From assembly GCF_018977255.1 (NCBI RefSeq), contig NW_024704742.1, forward strand, positions 50,346,001 to 50,410,000: DNA of 64,000 bases, given 5' to 3'. Shown here piece by piece: positions 61,655 through 64,000 of this stretch (positions are counted from its first letter, which is position 1; each line of letters opens with the position of its first letter). The notes under the pieces are model-generated. The model did no database searches. It was given only the letters and a program-made list of their open reading frames with translations, and was not told the DNA's origin. Position numbers and translations under genes: made by a program. This DNA comes from Callorhinchus milii (taxonomy: Eukaryota).

Positions 61655-62319
61655 CTTTAAGGCAATTGCACTTGAGTGTGCCTGGAGGATCATAAACTCA
61701 GTAAAAGAGGCCCTTTGGCTCTCACGAAACCAGGTGTTCCTCTGGCAGAACAAGGGGAGGGTGAGGGCCTGCCTCAGGCTGGCGCACGCTAGGATCAAGG
61801 ACTATATACTGAGGAACAAGCTGAAATTCAGCTCAATCGTGGAAAAGGCCAGATGGAGCCTGACCTTGGCAGGAGCCACTCCAACACATCCCGCTCGGGG
61901 CACACCCACCGGGTAGCCCACAAGCGCACCCAAAACTGACTGAAATAAACGTAAGGGTACAGCAGGACACTCGAGATGTAACCAAACAGTGTCCTGAAAA
62001 TGTAAGTACGGTAAACATGTGCTAGTGCAGGGCACATCGGGCGCCTTCCGAAAGCGACAAGTGCACCTTATCTTATCAGGGTGTGTGCAGGTGCCACGTG
62101 GATGTGATGCACACAGGGACAACTCCTGACAGTTTTAAAGGGAACGTCCCAAAAACCGTGTGCACAACCTACATACGGTGAAGGAAGGTACCATAAACAA
62201 TGGAATGTTTTTTGTCTCGGGTGAAAGGGGAAAACATTGTAACAGAGGATGTTGTGTTTGTTTTGGATTTCTGTTGTACCAAATATATTTATAAATAAAT
62301 ATATATTTTTTTAAAAAAA
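61655..62319 (+). mobile_element. Tx1/L1-clade LINE 3' end
   Basis: In-frame CAWRIINSVKEALWLSRN...CLRLAHARIKDYILR..KARW (stop at 61916), then a 3' UTR ending ataaataaatatattttttaaaaaaa. Confidence 0.75.
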
Positions 62320-64000
62320 GCAATTGCACTTTGTTTAGATTTGCGTCCTTAATAAGGACCTGTTAGTCTTTAGAAAGGTGCCAGTTAATTCGCTTTACAG
62401 AATATTCTGTGAAGCTCTTTGAGACGACTCGAAGTCTTGATCAGGCTCTATATCAAATGCAAGATTTGTTGCTGTGATAGTTATGCGGAGACTATGGATA
62501 CGGCATTTCTAATGTTTCAAAAGCATTTACAAACTGCAGTAATATTGATGGTACAATATGAGTGGATAGAGAGCTGGAGAATGTTTCTCAAGCACCATCG
62601 CTGCAAGAAACAGCAACTGAATCAGCATTGCTTAAACTCACTACTAACTCTGTAATTACTGACTGTTTAGATTTTTAACAAACTTGATTCAGACTATCTG
62701 CTGCAGAAGTATTGTCTGTGGTAGTTGCCAGTGAACTGCAGTTGAAATGGTTCGATGCACTGTCTGTGGTGGTTGTCAGTTACCTGCAATTAAGACATGT
62801 GGTGAATCTCCAATCTGTAAGAAAATGTAAGACGTAACATATGTAGAACCAGCAGAACAGTGAGAGATTGGACTAGGTGGATCACGCAGAGAAAAAACAT
62901 CAGCAGAGACATGCTGAAAGGACTGTTTCTGTGCAGTAACCTGGTGGTTTGATCTGTAATTGAACTTAACAATGCACAGCTTACAACCTTTGACCATCTT
63001 ATGTCATATTTCTACTGTCTAATTGGCAGTGAATTGCCACTATTTTGGCCTTACTGCCAAAAGTGCAGTTTTACAGGGGTAGTGTAATTTGCTTCAAAGT
63101 CCTGCTCCTAACACCAGTGGAGGAGATGCTATCTGGAGCAGTGAGAGAGACACCCACACAACATGAACACCATGGTACACATGTGTAGACTGCACATGTA
63201 AAATGCAGATTGCTTCTCTTTAGCCCCACTTTAATATTCTTTTATTGCTGCATGAATGAAGAAAATGTAAATATTTTAAGAAATATTTCAAATGGCCTCA
63301 TTTCAAAGCAATTATTTTCAAATAAACCGGATTAATATGAAAAATTTAAATATAGGTTAATTAAAATGCATGATTATTTATGAGTTTGCACATCTCTCCA
63401 TATCAAGGTGGCATTGATAGAGGGGAACACGGCGGTGTAAATAATTAATTTATGAAAGGCTATTATATAATATGCTATTATCAATGTAGCTTTAAGATTA
63501 CAGCTGCAATTTCCTTCACGAGCAACAAGAATCATTAACTTTTTTGGTCCTCAGGGGGTTATTAGCTTTATGGTCAGAATCTCACTCAACAATATCTGAT
63601 GTCGGTGGACTTTCTTGCATGATGTCCATTGGATATGTTTTTTTCATGAGACTCTTGTTACTTAATTACAGTGGCTGCTCGATAGACACAATCTTGCAAA
63701 CCAACCGTCATTTTATTTTTATACTGCAGTACTGTTCCAATAAAACCTTCCCATGTATTAAAAATGAAGGGAAAATTCCACCAATATTTTGAAGAAGCAG
63801 CAGAGGAAATAGAGTGCTGAGCATTCTAAGAAAAGAATTACTCTCTTTTTCACTTTCAGTCTTTTCTAAAATGTTCTTTTTTTAGTCGGGTGTCTGAAAC
63901 ATGCAGAAACCCATCGCCATGATTAAGAGTATCCAAACCAAACTGAGATTTCCATGTATCCCACCTGCACATGTAAATTCCAGAGATAGATTATTGGAAT

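Larger units (their letters stand above)
953..64000 (+). other. GABRB1: Intron 3 of GABRB1 (continues past the window end)
   Basis: The exon-4 peptide (DYTLTMYFQQ...DNRVADQLWVPDTYF...) would give a >60-aa ORF but is absent from the ORF track. This intron is very long in vertebrate beta-subunit genes. Confidence 0.8.

Overview
Eukaryotic (vertebrate) genomic DNA. The window holds the promoter and coding exons 1-3 of a GABA-A receptor beta subunit gene on the + strand, best matching GABRB1: 251-330, 560-651 and 885-952, with lengths 80/92/68 nt and canonical GT-AG introns. The remaining ~63 kb appears to be intron 3, since exon 4 (DYTLTMYFQQ...) is not seen. The intron is rich in repeats typical of cartilaginous fishes: L2, CR1, Tx1 and RTE LINE fragments, Deu-domain SINEs, a composite tRNA-headed SINE family, an LF-SINE-like element, Penelope-like elements, and hAT/pogo/Harbinger-type DNA transposon remnants. 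A chimaera or shark source is inferred but not proven. Most notable observations: minimal hammerhead-ribozyme motifs in three Penelope-like copies (the sense-strand copy has an inactivated core); an old ~550-bp inverted duplication just downstream of exon 3; a tRNA/Meta-like/Deu/L2-tail chimeric SINE with two subfamilies; an L2 with two internal deletions; an NRF-1-type site at the promoter; and an extra N-glycosylation sequon in exon 2. Repeat boundaries were read by eye and are approximate, and family names come from recalled consensus features, not from a database search.
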